Shown: in pieces, positions 1 through 15,657 of the stretch
How the letters are laid out: every line of letters begins with the position of its first letter
Position numbering within the stretch: position 1 is the stretch's first letter
Assembly (NCBI RefSeq): GCF_009914755.1
Contig: NC_060927.1
Direction: 5' to 3' (one strand)
Source: the human T2T-CHM13v2.0 reference genome, Homo sapiens
DNA: 64,000 nucleotides
The notes under the pieces: generated by a model
Told to the model about the DNA's origin: nothing
Databases searched by the model: none
The model's input: the letters and a program-made list of their open reading frames with translations, nothing else
Translations under genes and position numbers: made by a program

Positions 1-499
1 ATTCTGAGTTCACCAGAACTCAGTTGAGAGAAGTGGAAAACCACCCCCAGGCCAACAGAATGGAGAGAACCCACAACTGGTAAGAGAAACAGTCACTTTG
101 GAGCATCAGCCATGCCCACATAACACCACTCACAGAGAATTTCCCTAGAACCATAGTTTCCAAGGGAAGAGGAGGAAAATGGAGGTGGATATTTGATCTC
201 CCCAGCAGTTTGGGAATTTTTATAGAAAGCCAACTCCAGTTGCATACATGGGAAACACTGGGAGTGCCATGAGGGATAACCCACATGGAGTAAACTGGGG
301 ACAGAGAGGACACTGATAGTAGTGAAGAGCATGCCGATCTTGGCAGCTACTCTGTGCTCTTATCAGCAGGGCATCATGTGGAAGAGACTGGCTAGTGCTA
401 TGCCACTGTACGAGGCACAGTCCACAAGAAGGCCCAAATCCCTGGCCAGACGTTCAACAAAGCCCAGATGCTCCTAGGGAGCCGTTTTCTGGCTTGGAA

Positions 500-850
500 C
501 TACTAAAAGATCAGGATTAAGTTCCAATTCCTGCTTAAGGTTTCCCCAGACTAGTAAACAATGAAACGGCATCAGTACAATTCTGGGGAGACATTTATAT
601 TCCAATGCTCACCACAAGTCTCCTCCAGACTGGGAAAAGATACCAGGGCAGCGATTTAGTTCCAGAGCAGAGTTTAAGGTTTGGTGTTCATTGTGAGTTT
701 TTTTCCAGACCAGAAAACAATGACAAGGCAGTAAGTTAGTTCCAAGGCAGTGTTTTAGTTCTGCTACTCACTATGCGTATTCTTCAGAATGGAAAGAAAC
801 AACGGGCCAATGTTTAAGTTCCAATAGTAAGGAGTAAAGTTCTAACACCA
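500..850 (+). repeat. Degenerate ~80 bp tandem monomer array in the L1 5'UTR
   Basis: A ccagac/cagaat anchor recurs at ~546, 625, 705 and 785, each with a related ttagttcca motif. Confidence 0.6.
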
Positions 851-1906
851 GCAAAGAACACTGCATAAAATGAAAGAGGTGGTTGCCTCCTCTAACGCAC
901 AGGCATCGATGTAAAGATGCAAGGATCATGAAAGCTCGTGGAAACATGGTATCATCAAAAGAAACCAACAAAACTCCAGCAGTTGGCCCCGAAGAACTGA
1001 AGATCTATGAAATGTTAGACATAGAATTCAGAATAAGGATCTTAAATAAGTTCAGAAAAAAATAAGAAAATGCAAACAGAAAATTAATAAAATTTAGAAA
1101 ATAATCTGGGAACAAAATGAGAAATTTGACCAAAAAATAGAAATCCCAGACATAAAAAATACAATAACTAATGAAAACATTTATTCCAATGCTCTAACAC
1201 CACACTTGGTCAAACAGATAAAAGAATTAGCAAGTTTGAAGATAGAATATGTGAAATTATATAGTCAAAAGAGGGAAAAAAAGAATTAAAAAGAGGGGAA
1301 GAAGGCCTATGAGAATTGGCCTTGATGTGACATGATCAAACAAACTAACCAACAGATAATAGAAATTTCTGAAAGAGATGAAAAGTCCTAGAAAACATAT
1401 TTAAGGAAATAATGGCTGAAGAATTTCCAAATCTGGAGAAAAATGACACCATCCAGGTACATAAAGCTCAGAGGACACCAATCAAATTCAACCTGAACAG
1501 GAAATTCTTATGGCACATCATAATCAAATTAGCAAAAATCAAGGACAAAAAGAATAAATACTCAAAACAGCAAGAAAAGATAAATATATTACATTCAATA
1601 GAGCCCCAGTACAGCTTTCTGCAGATTTCTCAGCAGAAACTCCGCAGGCCAGGAGAGAGTGGGATGCTGTATTTAAAGTGCTGAAGGAAAAACTACCAGC
1701 CAAAAACAGTGTACTAAAAAAGCTATCCTTCAAACATGAAGGAAAGATAGTCATTCTCAGACAAACAAACGCTGAAAGAATTCACCAACACCAGATCTAT
1801 CTTACCAGAAATGCTAAACTAGGTTTTCAAACTGAAGGAAATGGAGGTTACTGTGTAACAAGAAAACATCTGACCATATTAAATTAACTGGGGGAAAAAA
1901 ATACAG

Positions 1907-2200
1907 GCAGGCACGGCAGCTCATGCTTATAATTCCAGCACTTTGGGAGGCTGAGATCAAAGGATTGCTTGAGCTTAGGAGTTCAAGACCAGCCAGAGCA
2001 ATATGGTGAAAGCAACAAAAAATACAAAAATTGGCCAGGCATAGTGGTGTAAGCCTGTAGTCCCAGCTACTTGGAAGGCTGACGTAAGAGGATCACTTGA
2101 GCCCAGGAGGTTGAAGCTGCAGTAAGCCACAATCACACCATTGTACACTACCCTGGGTAACAGAATGAGACCCTATCCCTAGCTAAAAGCAAAATAAAAT
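1907..2200 (+). mobile_element. AluJ-type SINE
   Basis: Dimeric Alu with J-like ggattgcttgag/ggatcacttgagcccagg, an A-rich tail and flanking aggca repeats. Confidence 0.92.
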
Positions 2201-5053
2201 TGAAAAAAGGCAATTCAGAATACTCTAATACTATAATTAAGGTAAGAAAACCACTTATATCTTAAGTAAGAAGATTAAAAGACAAAACTATTATAAATGA
2301 TTATAACTACAAAAATTGATTAATAGATAAACAATATTAAAAGGTGTAAATTGTAGCATCATAACCTTCAAAAAGTCAAAATATGGGAGGGAGGATTTGT
2401 GTTAAAGTGTAGAGTTTGTTTTTGTTACTTTTCTTTGCAATTAGTTAAGTCATAATCAGTTTAAAATAATCTGTTTTAAGATTATTTGCAACCCTCATGG
2501 TAACCACAAAGCAAAAACCTATAATAGGTGCACTAAAAATAAATAACACAAGATCAAAACATACTACTAGAGAAAATCACTTAACCACAAAGGAAGACAG
2601 TAAGAGAGGAAAAGAGGAAAAAAAGGATCTATACAACAAACAGAAAATAAGAAACAATATGGCAGTAGTAAATCCTTATCTATCAATAATAAGCTTGAAT
2701 ATAAATGGATGAAATATTCCAATTAACAGACATAAAGTGGCTGAATGGATAAAAACTAAGACCCAACAATATTCTGTCTACAAGAAACTCACTTTACCTA
2801 TAAAGACAAGTACAAACTGTAAGTGAAGAGAAGGAAAAATATATTCATGCAAGTGGTAACCAGAATAGAGCAAGAGTAGCCATACTTAGATAAAATGCAG
2901 TTTAACACAATAATGGTTTTTAAAAGTCCATTCTACAATAATAAGGGGATCAAAAGCAAGAGATACCCTCTTAAACATAATATAAGAGGATACATACATA
3001 CGTGCATAATTTATAATTATAAATACACAGGCACCCAACAATGGAGCACCCAAGTGTATAAAACAAATATTAATAAAATTAAGGGAGAAATTGATCCAGT
3101 ACAATAATAATAGGGAACTTCAACACTCCTCTTCCAACAATGGGAAGATCATCCAGACAGAAAGTCAACAAAAAACGTTAGAGTTAAACTGAACTTTAGA
3201 CCAAATGAACTTAACAGACATTAACAGAACATTCTGTTGAACAGCTGCAGAATACACATATTTTTCTCAACTGCACATAAAACATTTTCTAGGATAGACT
3301 ACATATTACAGCACAAAAAAGTCAACACATTTTTTAAAAACTGAAATTATAGCAAGTATCTTTTCTGATCACAATGAAATAAATCAAGAAATCAATGTCA
3401 GAAACAACATTAAAAACTGTACAAATTCATGGATAATAAACAACATGTTCCTGAATAACAAATGGGCCAATGAAGAAATTAAAATAAATTTTAAAATTTC
3501 TTGAGACAAACATAAATAGATATACAACATAGCGAAACTTATGGAATACAGTGAAAACAGTTCCAGAAGGAAAGTTTAAATGCCTACATCAAAAAAGTAG
3601 AAAGACTTCAAATAAATACCTAATGTTGCACCTCTAGTAAGTAGAAAAGCATAAACAGAACAAACCCCAAATTAGTAGAAGGAAAGAAATAACGAGATCA
3701 GATCAAAAGTAAATGAAATTGAAACTAAAAAAAAAAATCAAAAAACAAAAAGTCTGTTTTCTAAATAAACAAACAAAATTAACAAATCTTAAGTTAGACT
3801 AAAGAAAAAAGGACAGAAGACCCAAATAAATACAATCAGAGCAAAAAAGGAAGCATTAGAACAGATACCACAGAAATACAAAGAATAATGAGACAATTAA
3901 GAATAGCTATACACAAACGAATTGGGAAACCTAGATGAAATGGATAAATTTTTGGACATATGCAACCTGCCAAGATTCAATTATGAAGAAATAGAAAACC
4001 TGAGCAGATAATAATGAGTAATGAGATTTATCAGTAATTGTGTCTTCCATCAAAGAAAAGCCCAGGATCTTACAGCATCACTGAGGACTTTTACCAAACT
4101 TTTCTATTCTTATGTTTATACTAATACCAATTCTACTCAAACTATTTCAAAAAATTGAAGAAGAGAGAATACTTCCAAATATATTCTATGAGGCCAGCAG
4201 TACCCTGACACCAAAACAAGACATAAACACACAAAAAGCAAACAAAAAACTGCAAGCCAATATTCCTGATAAAAACAGATGCAAAAGTCCTCAACAAAAT
4301 ACTAGCAAACCAAATTCAACAGCATATTAAAAAGTCTAATTATTATGATCAAATGGGATTCAAGAATGATTCAACATATGCAAAAAATAAACTTTTTACA
4401 TCATATTAACAGAGCCAGCAATAAAAGCCATAAAGTCATTTCAATTGATGCTGAAAATAATTCAATAAAATTTAATATCTCTTTGTGATAAAGACTCCCA
4501 ACAAACTGGCTCTAGAAGGAATATATCTCAAAACAATAAAGGCCATATATGATAAGCCCACAGGTATCATCATGCCGAATTGGGAAAAACTGAAAGCTTT
4601 TTATCTGAGATCTAGAAGATGGCAAGGACGTTCACGTTCTCCACTTTTATTCATCATAGTACTGGAAGTTCTAGCCAAAACAATTAGGGAAGAGAAAGAA
4701 ATTGGAAAGGAAGAAGTCAAATTATTCTGGTTCTCAGACAACAGGATTCTAACCTAAAGATTCCATCAAAGAACTGTTAGAGCTGATAAATGAGTTCAGT
4801 GAAGATGCAGAACACACACACACAAAATGTACAAAATTAGTAGCATTTATACACTCCAACAGTGAACAATCTGAAAAAAAAGAAAACATCCTGTCAGATT
4901 TATAGTTTGTGAATATTTTCTCCCATTTGCAGGTTGTCTGTTCACTTAGTTGAATATTTCTTTTGCTGTGCAGATGCTTTTTAGTTTAATTAAATCACAT
5001 TTGTCTATTTTTGTTTTTCTTGCTTATACTTCTGATGTCTTAGTCAAGAATTA

Positions 5054-5415
<362 letters not shown>

Positions 5416-6179
5416 CATTTAATTCTTTAATAGAACTTGAGTTGATTATTGTACATGGTGAGAGATTTAGGTCCAGTTTCATTTTTCTGCTTGTGCCAAT
5501 CCAATTTTCCCAGCACTATTCATTGAAAAGGTTGTCCTTTCCCTGTCTATGTTCTTCTTAACCTTGTCAAAGATCAGTTAGCTGTGGATATGTGGCTTTA
5601 TTTCTGGTCTCTCTGTTCTGTTCCATTCATCTGTGTGTCTATTTCTATACCAGAACCAGGTGTGCTGTTTACCATAGCTTTGTAATATAATTTGAAGTCA
5701 GGTAATATAATGCCTACAGCTTCGCTCTTTTTGTTTATGATTGCTTTGGCTATTTGGCTCTTTTCTGGTTCCATATGAATCTTAGGATTATAATTTTCCA
5801 ATTCTGTGGAAAATGACATTGGTATTTTAATAGGGATTGCATTTGATCTGTAAATAGCTTTGGTCAGTATAGTCATTTTAACAATACTAATTCTTCTAAT
5901 TCAGAAGTATGGGATTTTTTTCATTTGTTTGTATTCTCTTCAATTTTTTTCATCAGTGTTTTGTAATTTTCCTTGCAGAGATCTTTTACCTCTTTGGTTA
6001 AATTTATTCCTAAATATTTTATTTTTTTAGGTAGGTATTATAAATGAGACTGCATTCTTGAATTTCTTTCTTGGCTAGATCATTAATGGTGTATAGAAAC
6101 ACTACTGATTTTTGTATGTTGATATTGTATCCTGCAACATTACTGACTTTATTTATCAAATCTGTTTTACTAGACATAA

Positions 6180-6533
<354 letters not shown>

Positions 6534-7788
6534 TTGAATACGTTTTTATGCTTTCTTTTTCCTGATAGCTCTGCCTAAGACTTTTAGTACTATGTTAAAT
6601 TGGAGTGGTGAAAATGGGTATTCTTGTCTTGTTCTAGTTCTGACAGAAAAGGCTTTCAACTTTTTCCCATTCAGTATGACATTTGCTATGGGTTTTCCAT
6701 ATATGGTCTTTATTACTGTTAGTTATGTTCCTTATGTGCCTACTTTATTGAGAGTTTTGAACGTGAAAGGATGTTGAATTTTATCAAATGCTTTTTCCCC
6801 ATCTATTGAGATGATCATATGGTTTTTGTCTCTCATTATGTTAATGTGATGTATCACATTTATTGATTTGCATATGTTGAACCATCCCTGGTATAAATCC
6901 CACCTGATGGTGATGTATTGTCTTTTTAATATGCTGGAATGCTGTTTTTTAGTATTTTGTTGAAGATGTTTGCATCTATGTTTATCAGGGTAATCAGCCT
7001 GTAGTTTTTGTTGCTGTTGTTGTTGTATCCTTGGTTTTGGTATCAGGGTAATAATGCTGACAGAATGGGTTAGGAAGAATTCTCTCCTCTTCAATTTTTT
7101 TGAATAGTTTCAGGAGGATTATTGTTAGTTCTTTGTATCTTTGCTAGAATTTGGCTATGCATCCATCCAGTCCTAGGCTTTTCTTTCATAGGAGGATTTT
7201 TATTACTGTTTCGATCTTGATACTTGTTATTGGTATATTTAGGGTTTTGGTTTTTCCTGACTTAATCGTGGCAGGTTTTATATTTCCAGAAATTTATCCA
7301 TTATCCAATTTCTCCAGTTTTCAGCATATAGTTGTTCATAATAATCTCTCACAAACATTGGTATTTCTGTGATATTAGTTGTAATATCTCCTTTTTCATT
7401 TCTGATTTTAGTTATTTGTGTCTTCTCTCTTCTATTCTTGGCTAGTGATTTATCAATTTTGTTTATCGTTTCAAAGAACAAGCTTTCTGTTTAGTTGACC
7501 CTTTTAATTTTTGTCTCTATTTCATTTAGCTCTGCTCGAATCTTCGTGATTTTTTGCTGCTGCTAATTTTGGTTTTGGTCTATTCTTGCTTTTCTAGTTC
7601 CTTGAGATACACTGTTAGATTGTTGATTTGTAAACTTTCTACTTTTCTGGTATAGACACTTATTGCTATAACCTTCTCTCTTAGCACTGCTTTTGCTGTA
7701 TCCCACAGATTTTTGGTATGTTGTGTATTCATTTTCACTTTTTTCAAGAAATTCTTAAATCTGCAACTTAATTTTTTTGACCCAATAA

Positions 7789-8221
<433 letters not shown>

Positions 8222-10924
8222 TATATTATTTCATTTAAATATATATATATTTGAAACTTGTTTTGTGGCCTAACATGTGTTCTGTCCTGGAGATGGTTTC
8301 AATTGCTGATTAAAAGAATGTATATACTACAGTTGTTGGATACAGTGTTCTATAAGTGTCTGTTAGGATCATTTGGTCTAAACTCCAATTTAAACCCAAT
8401 GTTTCTTTTCTGATTTTCTTTCTAGAGGGTCTATCTAATGCTGAGAGTAGGATGTTGAATTCTCTCACTATTATGGTATTGCAGTCAATCTCTTAATTGA
8501 GATATAGCAATAAATGCTTTATGAATCTAAGTGCTCTGGTGTTAGGCACATATATATTTAGAATTCTTATATCCTTTTCTTAGATTAATCAATTTATCAT
8601 TATATAATTGACCTTCTTTGTCATTTTTACTGTTCTTGACTTAAAGTGTGTTTTATCTGATACAAATATAGCTACTTCTGCTCACTTTTCATTTCTGTTT
8701 GCATAGAATATTTTTTTCCTCCCTTTATTTTCAGTTTATATGTGTCTTTACTGGTCAGATGAGTTTCTCATTAGCAGCATATACTTCAATCATATTTTTT
8801 AACATCCATTTACTCATTCTATATCTCTTAAAAGGAGAATTTAATCCATTTGTACTTAAGGTTATTGTTGATATGTCAGGCTTTGTTCCTGTCACATTGT
8901 TGTTTTCTGGTTGCTGTATATATTCTTTGTTTCTCTCTTTTTCTCTTATAGTTTGTCATTGTGGTTTGGTGGATTTCTGTAATGGTACCATTTGAGTCCT
9001 TTCTCATTCTCCTTTGTATAATTGCTTTACTGGTGAGTTTTATAATTTCGTGTGTTTTTTCCTTATTGTAAATATTGTCCTTTCACTTCCAGGTTTAGGA
9101 CTGCCTTGATTTCTTGTAGGACTGGTCCCATGGTAACAAATTCTCACAGCCTCTGTTTGCCTAGAAATTACTTTATTTCTTCATCATTTATGAAGGAAAA
9201 TTTTGCTAACTATAATGTACTGGGGTGGCAGTTTTCTTCTTCTGGCACTCTAAGTATATTATCCCATTATCTTCTGGTCTTTAAGGTTTCAGCTGAGAAA
9301 TCCACTGTTAGTCTGATGGGGTTTTCTTTATAGGGGACTAAATGCTTTCTCTTACTGTTTTTAGTATTTGTTGTTTAACATTGATTTTAGATAATCTGAT
9401 TATAATGTGCTGTGGAGAAAACCTTTTGGTGTTGTATCTTCCTGGGGATCGTTGAGCCTCTTGTATATGAATGAGCAAATCTCTTGCTAAAGTTGGGTAG
9501 TTTTTATTTATTATTATGTTAAATAGGTTTTCTAATAATTTCTTTGTTTTTTTGCCCTGCAGTATACCAATAATTCATAAGTTCAGTCACTTTATGTCAT
9601 CCCAAAAGTCATTCTTTTTTGTTTTTATTTATTTTTGTCTTACTAGATAATTTGAAAAGACCTGAGAATATTCCTTCTGCCTGATCTCGTGTATTGTTGA
9701 AATTGTCAAATGTATTTTGTATTTCCTTTAATGACTTCTCCAGTTCTAGAACTTCTATTTGGTTCTTTAAAAAAAAATCTATCCTTTTGGTAAGTTTCTC
9801 ATTTATATCCTGAATCATTTTTCTGATTTTTTGTTTTTGAATTTGATTGTATCTCACTGAGCTTCTTTAAAATTAACATTTTGAATTATTTAGCTGAGAT
9901 TTCAAAAATTTCTTTTTGATTTTGATCTATTACTAGAGATTTATTGTGTTCCTTTGGAGGTGTCATATTTCCTTGCTTTTTCATGATTGCTGTGTATTTA
10001 GAAGATATCTGTTTATCTGGTGTAACAGTCACTTCCTCCTATTTTTGAACTTCCTTTTATAGGGGAGAACATTTTCCTGCAGATGTATCTATGGTTTTGG
10101 TTGGATAGGGTACTTTGGCTTTGATTCTGGGTGCATGCAGTAGTGTAGTCTCTGTATAATTTCTTTGGCTATAAAAAGCTTTAATGATATCTACTATTTC
10201 CTGGGTGGGTGAGGCTATGGTAATTAGCAGAAACTGTGGTGAAATTGTGCTAAGAGACTAGGATTGCAGGTTGGCCAGTCTTTAGAACCCAGTGGGAGCA
10301 TTGGTGGACTGACCATGCCTACCTTTGTGCCCCAGGAAAGTGCATGCTACGACTTGTGTTGGCAGTTATTGGTGAGTTGATTCTTGGCCCTCTAGGTGGT
10401 TTGCTCAGATGCCAATAGTGGCAGTGGTGGATGAGGTGGCTGGGAGGGTTGTCAGGCCTCTGGGTGATGGGTGATGGCAGTAGCAATGGTGAGATGATTC
10501 TCTTGGTCTCAAGCAGTGTGCATTAACATTGGCAGTAGCTGTGATCGGCTGGGCAGCCCAGTCTTCAGGCCCATAGGTGGCTCTTACAGCTGAGGTGTTA
10601 GTGGTAGGAGTTTAGACACAAACTCTGATCCCCAGGAAGTGTGCTTAGGTGCCCAAGGTAGAGAATTATGTTGGGCAATCCCCAAGACCCTGGACTATGT
10701 GCTCGGTCTCAAAGGAAAGGGCAAAGATGGTCCAGGTGGGCTAGTACTCAAGCCCCACAATGGTGAAAGTAGGAATCATTCATGGTGTGTGGGAGTGGGG
10801 CAGTCCTTAAACCCCAGGTGGGGTTTTCAAGTGAGGGATGGCAGCATCCATGGTGAAGAGGTGTTTCTCATTGAGATAATGGAAGAATGAACATGTATTT
10901 ATCATTGAGATAATGGAAGAATGA

Positions 10925-11425
10925 CCCTGAGGGCATTTTGGAGATTATCAGGGTGGCCCCTTCCATCACAAGCACAGGAAGTCAGGGTTTAAGGGACAAA
11001 ATGATTTCAAAAGAGGGCCCAGAGGCACTTGAGGGACTTTAGCACACACTACCCAATGCTGTCTCAAGACTCTGATCCCCACATTTTGACACAGCACTAC
11101 TCACCTACCCCAGGTTTTGCTCCAACTGGCCCACATACAGCAGCAACATCAGTGGCCACTTCTCTGATGGCACACAGAGTACATTAGCCACAGGGATGTA
11201 GCTACCTTCACCTACATTTCCAAGGATAGAGGCACCAGAAGCCTTGGGTGCATAGCCACCATGAGAGCAGAGCTACCACAGAAAGACCCCACTAGTGCAA
11301 TGCTGATGGAGCCATGAGAATGAGGCCACCCCTGAGACTCCAAACCAACAGAGGATCCTAGTGTGTGATTCCAGTCTGAGAGAGCTACAGGCGGGTGACT
11401 CCAACACATGAGAGCTGCCATGGGG
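10925..11425 (+). mobile_element. MaLR internal-region fragment (MLT1/MST-int-like)
   Basis: Resembles remembered MaLR internal sequence (ggagccatgaga...gagactccaa; gagagctgccatggg). Identity and strand are tentative. Confidence 0.55.
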
Positions 11426-11677
11426 GAATATTGTTAGATCAATTTCTAATATACCAAATAATTTTATGAATAAAGAACTCATTATATTTATAGAAATATA
11501 AGCTAACAAATTGTAGACTATCTTACATATGAAAACCTTTTGGAGGCTTAGGGAGAAAATGCCAAAACATTTTATCTTATTTGCATCCTAGAAAAAAATG
11601 TCTAAATTGTCTGCTCAAATTTCCCAAATCAAAATAAATAATAAATTCTTGCAAAATATAGTGACCTACTTCACCAG

Positions 11678-12327
11678 TGTAAACCAAAATAGAATTATAA
11701 ATCCCTCAACCAACTAAAGAACCCTCCCCTTAGCCAAGAGCATTCCAAAGTTAACCTGAAAAATTAGTTGAGGCCATGATGGGAAGTAGGGGTCGAACAT
11801 GCATTATTATGCCCTCCTCCCTTTGGAATTTAGAAACGGCTGACCAGCATTAACATTAAAACAGGAACCTTAAGACTGATAGAACAGACTCTTTAAGTCT
11901 GATAGGAAACATTTACAAGCTATTCTCTCTGAAGCCTGCTACCTGGCGGCTTCATCTGCATGATAAAACCTTGGTTTCCACAACTCCTTATCTTAATTCA
12001 GACATTCCTCTCTATTGATTCCAGGTCTTTAGATAGTAACTCTTTCAACCAATTATCATTCAGAAAATCTTTGAATCCACCTATGACCTGGTAACCCCCG
12101 CTTCCAGTTGTCCCACCTTTCCAGACAAAACCCATGTACATCTTACATGTATTAATTGATGCCTTATGTCTCCCTAAAATGTGTAAAACCAAGCTGTCGC
12201 CCAACTGCCTTGGGCGCATGTTCTCAGGACCTGTTGGGATCTGTGTCATGGGCCATTGGTCACTCATATTTGGCTCAGAATAAATAATCTTTAAGTGTTT
12301 CATGGAGTTTAAGTCTTTTCATCAACA
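11678..12327 (+). mobile_element. Solo LTR, MER4 group (MER4B-like)
   Basis: TG...CA termini, a perfect 4 bp TSD ccag (11674-11677 and 12328-12331), AATAAA near the 3' end, and a MER4-type start tgtaaaccaaaa. Confidence 0.88.
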
Positions 12328-13030
12328 CCAGGTTGTTTAAATAAATTAATAAATGGTTAAATACTGATAAAAATATAAATTACTTTAGAATATCACATAG
12401 TAATAAAAAGCCACCAATAAGATGAAGATAGAATTAAATAGAAAAAATCACTTCTGCAATCAGAATAAAGACAGGCTTAAAAAGGAAACACAGATTTCTA
12501 TCTTCAGTATATAAATTATGGTACATCACTGGATATATGCTCAAACTGAAATCAAATCAATCTTATCATAACATTTCTTTAAAAAGGCCCTTAAGACGTA
12601 GGAGCAAGAAAGATCCCTTTCTTGTGGTTTTTGAATTAATGATATCTTTAATTTACACTTCTCAAAGCTGCTTATTTTTTCATATAGAACAGCCTTAAAG
12701 TTTTTGGTTCCAAAAGGAAAATCAATTATATCTTCAGAAACTCACTTCTTTGTGATTAAAAAAAAAAAATTCTTCGTGCATTAGAAAAAGTAATAAACTC
12801 TCTTATTTCCCATGAACAAGGAAAGTATTTCTTAATTCCTTCTCCATAGCCTCTTCTCCTCTAGTCCTAAGATATGTAGATTTTTTTTACTTTGTTTACT
12901 CAACCTTAATCAAAAAGTTAAAACTTTGTTATCTGTTATAAAATATTTTGAATGCATCTTCATGCAAAACTCCTTATCCTGAATCAGTTAGTTAACCCAT
13001 AGTGTTCTGTAAGTCACTGATAAGTTGTTA

Positions 13031-13350
13031 TTTTTTTCTTTCTTTTTTTTTAAAAAAAACGACAAGGTCTCACTGTCCCAGGTTGGAGTGCTGTGGCATG
13101 ATTACGGCTCACCATAACCTTGAACTCCGGGGCTCAATGATCCTCCTGCCTCAGCCTCCTAAGAAGCTAGGACAGCAAGTGTGTGCCACCATGCCTGGCT
13201 AGTTTTTTTGTTTGTTTGTTTGTTTTTATGTTTTGTAGTGATATGTTCCTGCCATGTTACCCCTGGTCTTGAACTCCTAAACTCAAACAATCCTCCTGTC
13301 TCAGCCACCCAAAGTGCTGAGACTACAGGTGTGAGCCACTGTGACCAGCC
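13031..13350 (-). mobile_element. AluJ
   Basis: Diverged Alu with TSD agttgttattt. Confidence 0.9.
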
Positions 13351-13421
13351 AGTTGTTATTTCTATTAAAATAATAATGACATAGATTTAAGACTGGTTCT
13401 GGTGATTATTTGTTAATATGG

Positions 13422-14340
<919 letters not shown>

Positions 14341-14705
14341 TCATAGAAAAATTAGTCTTTTTCTAGAATCACAAATAACCAGAAGAACACATCTTAAATG
14401 TATTTAATAAATCAGCAACAGTCATACTCCAATAAACCTGAATCTGAAAGCAGCCAATTAACAACATTCTCTTCTGAGGTATCACATTTCTAAAGCTGGC
14501 ATTAGCCCACTCCTACCTTTGAAAATTTACCATTCCCTCCACACCATGCATCCCCCAAAGTCCTGTGTAAGATCAATTATCTGCTTTGCTTGAGAAGACT
14601 TTGCTGGACTCTCATAACTATTGTTTACCTAAGTAAGCAATAAATTTAGCTTTGCATTTTATTTGCATTATTGGTTGGTGGGCTCATCCATTTATATAAT
14701 TATAG

Positions 14706-15320
<615 letters not shown>

Positions 15321-15348
15321 ATGATTATGTTTTAACAAGTGTACTTAC

Positions 15349-15657
15349 CTAGAAAAATAACTTTGACTCTGGTCCTTTTTTTCACAATTTTCTTCAATAC
15401 AATCTGGATATTTTTGGCAGTATTACCTTTACTATCCTTTGCCATATTTCTTTTTCTTGAAGAATACATAATGATCCTCTCATATTTCTATCATCGGTAA
15501 AACTTCTTTTGACATTCGTGTCTCCATATAGGCTAGTTTCTATACACACAACTTGTCAGATCAACCAATGCCGATAGGAGCTTCCAATTAGTATTTCACT
15601 TTTATGAAATTTCTTCACTGTCTTCCTGGTCAAAATTCATTTGCCCTTGGAGAATCA
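15349..15657 (-). other. Candidate 309 nt internal exon (probably non-coding or 5'UTR-type)
   Basis: On the minus strand: poly-T/ccttgatAG acceptor at 15658 and consensus donor AG|GTAAGT at 15349/15348, in apparently unique sequence. No through-reading frame. Confidence 0.3.

Larger units (their letters stand above)
1..4891 (+). mobile_element. Degraded L1 (L1MA/L1M-age): 5'UTR, ORF1, ORF2 through the RT region; 3' end missing; interrupted by AluJ
   Basis: ORF fragments are L1-like: ORF1 (883..1065, and 1412..1684 MAEEFPNLEK), endonuclease start (NPYLSIISLNING), RT ([23 protein letters not shown]). Many stops and frameshifts. Confidence 0.93.
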
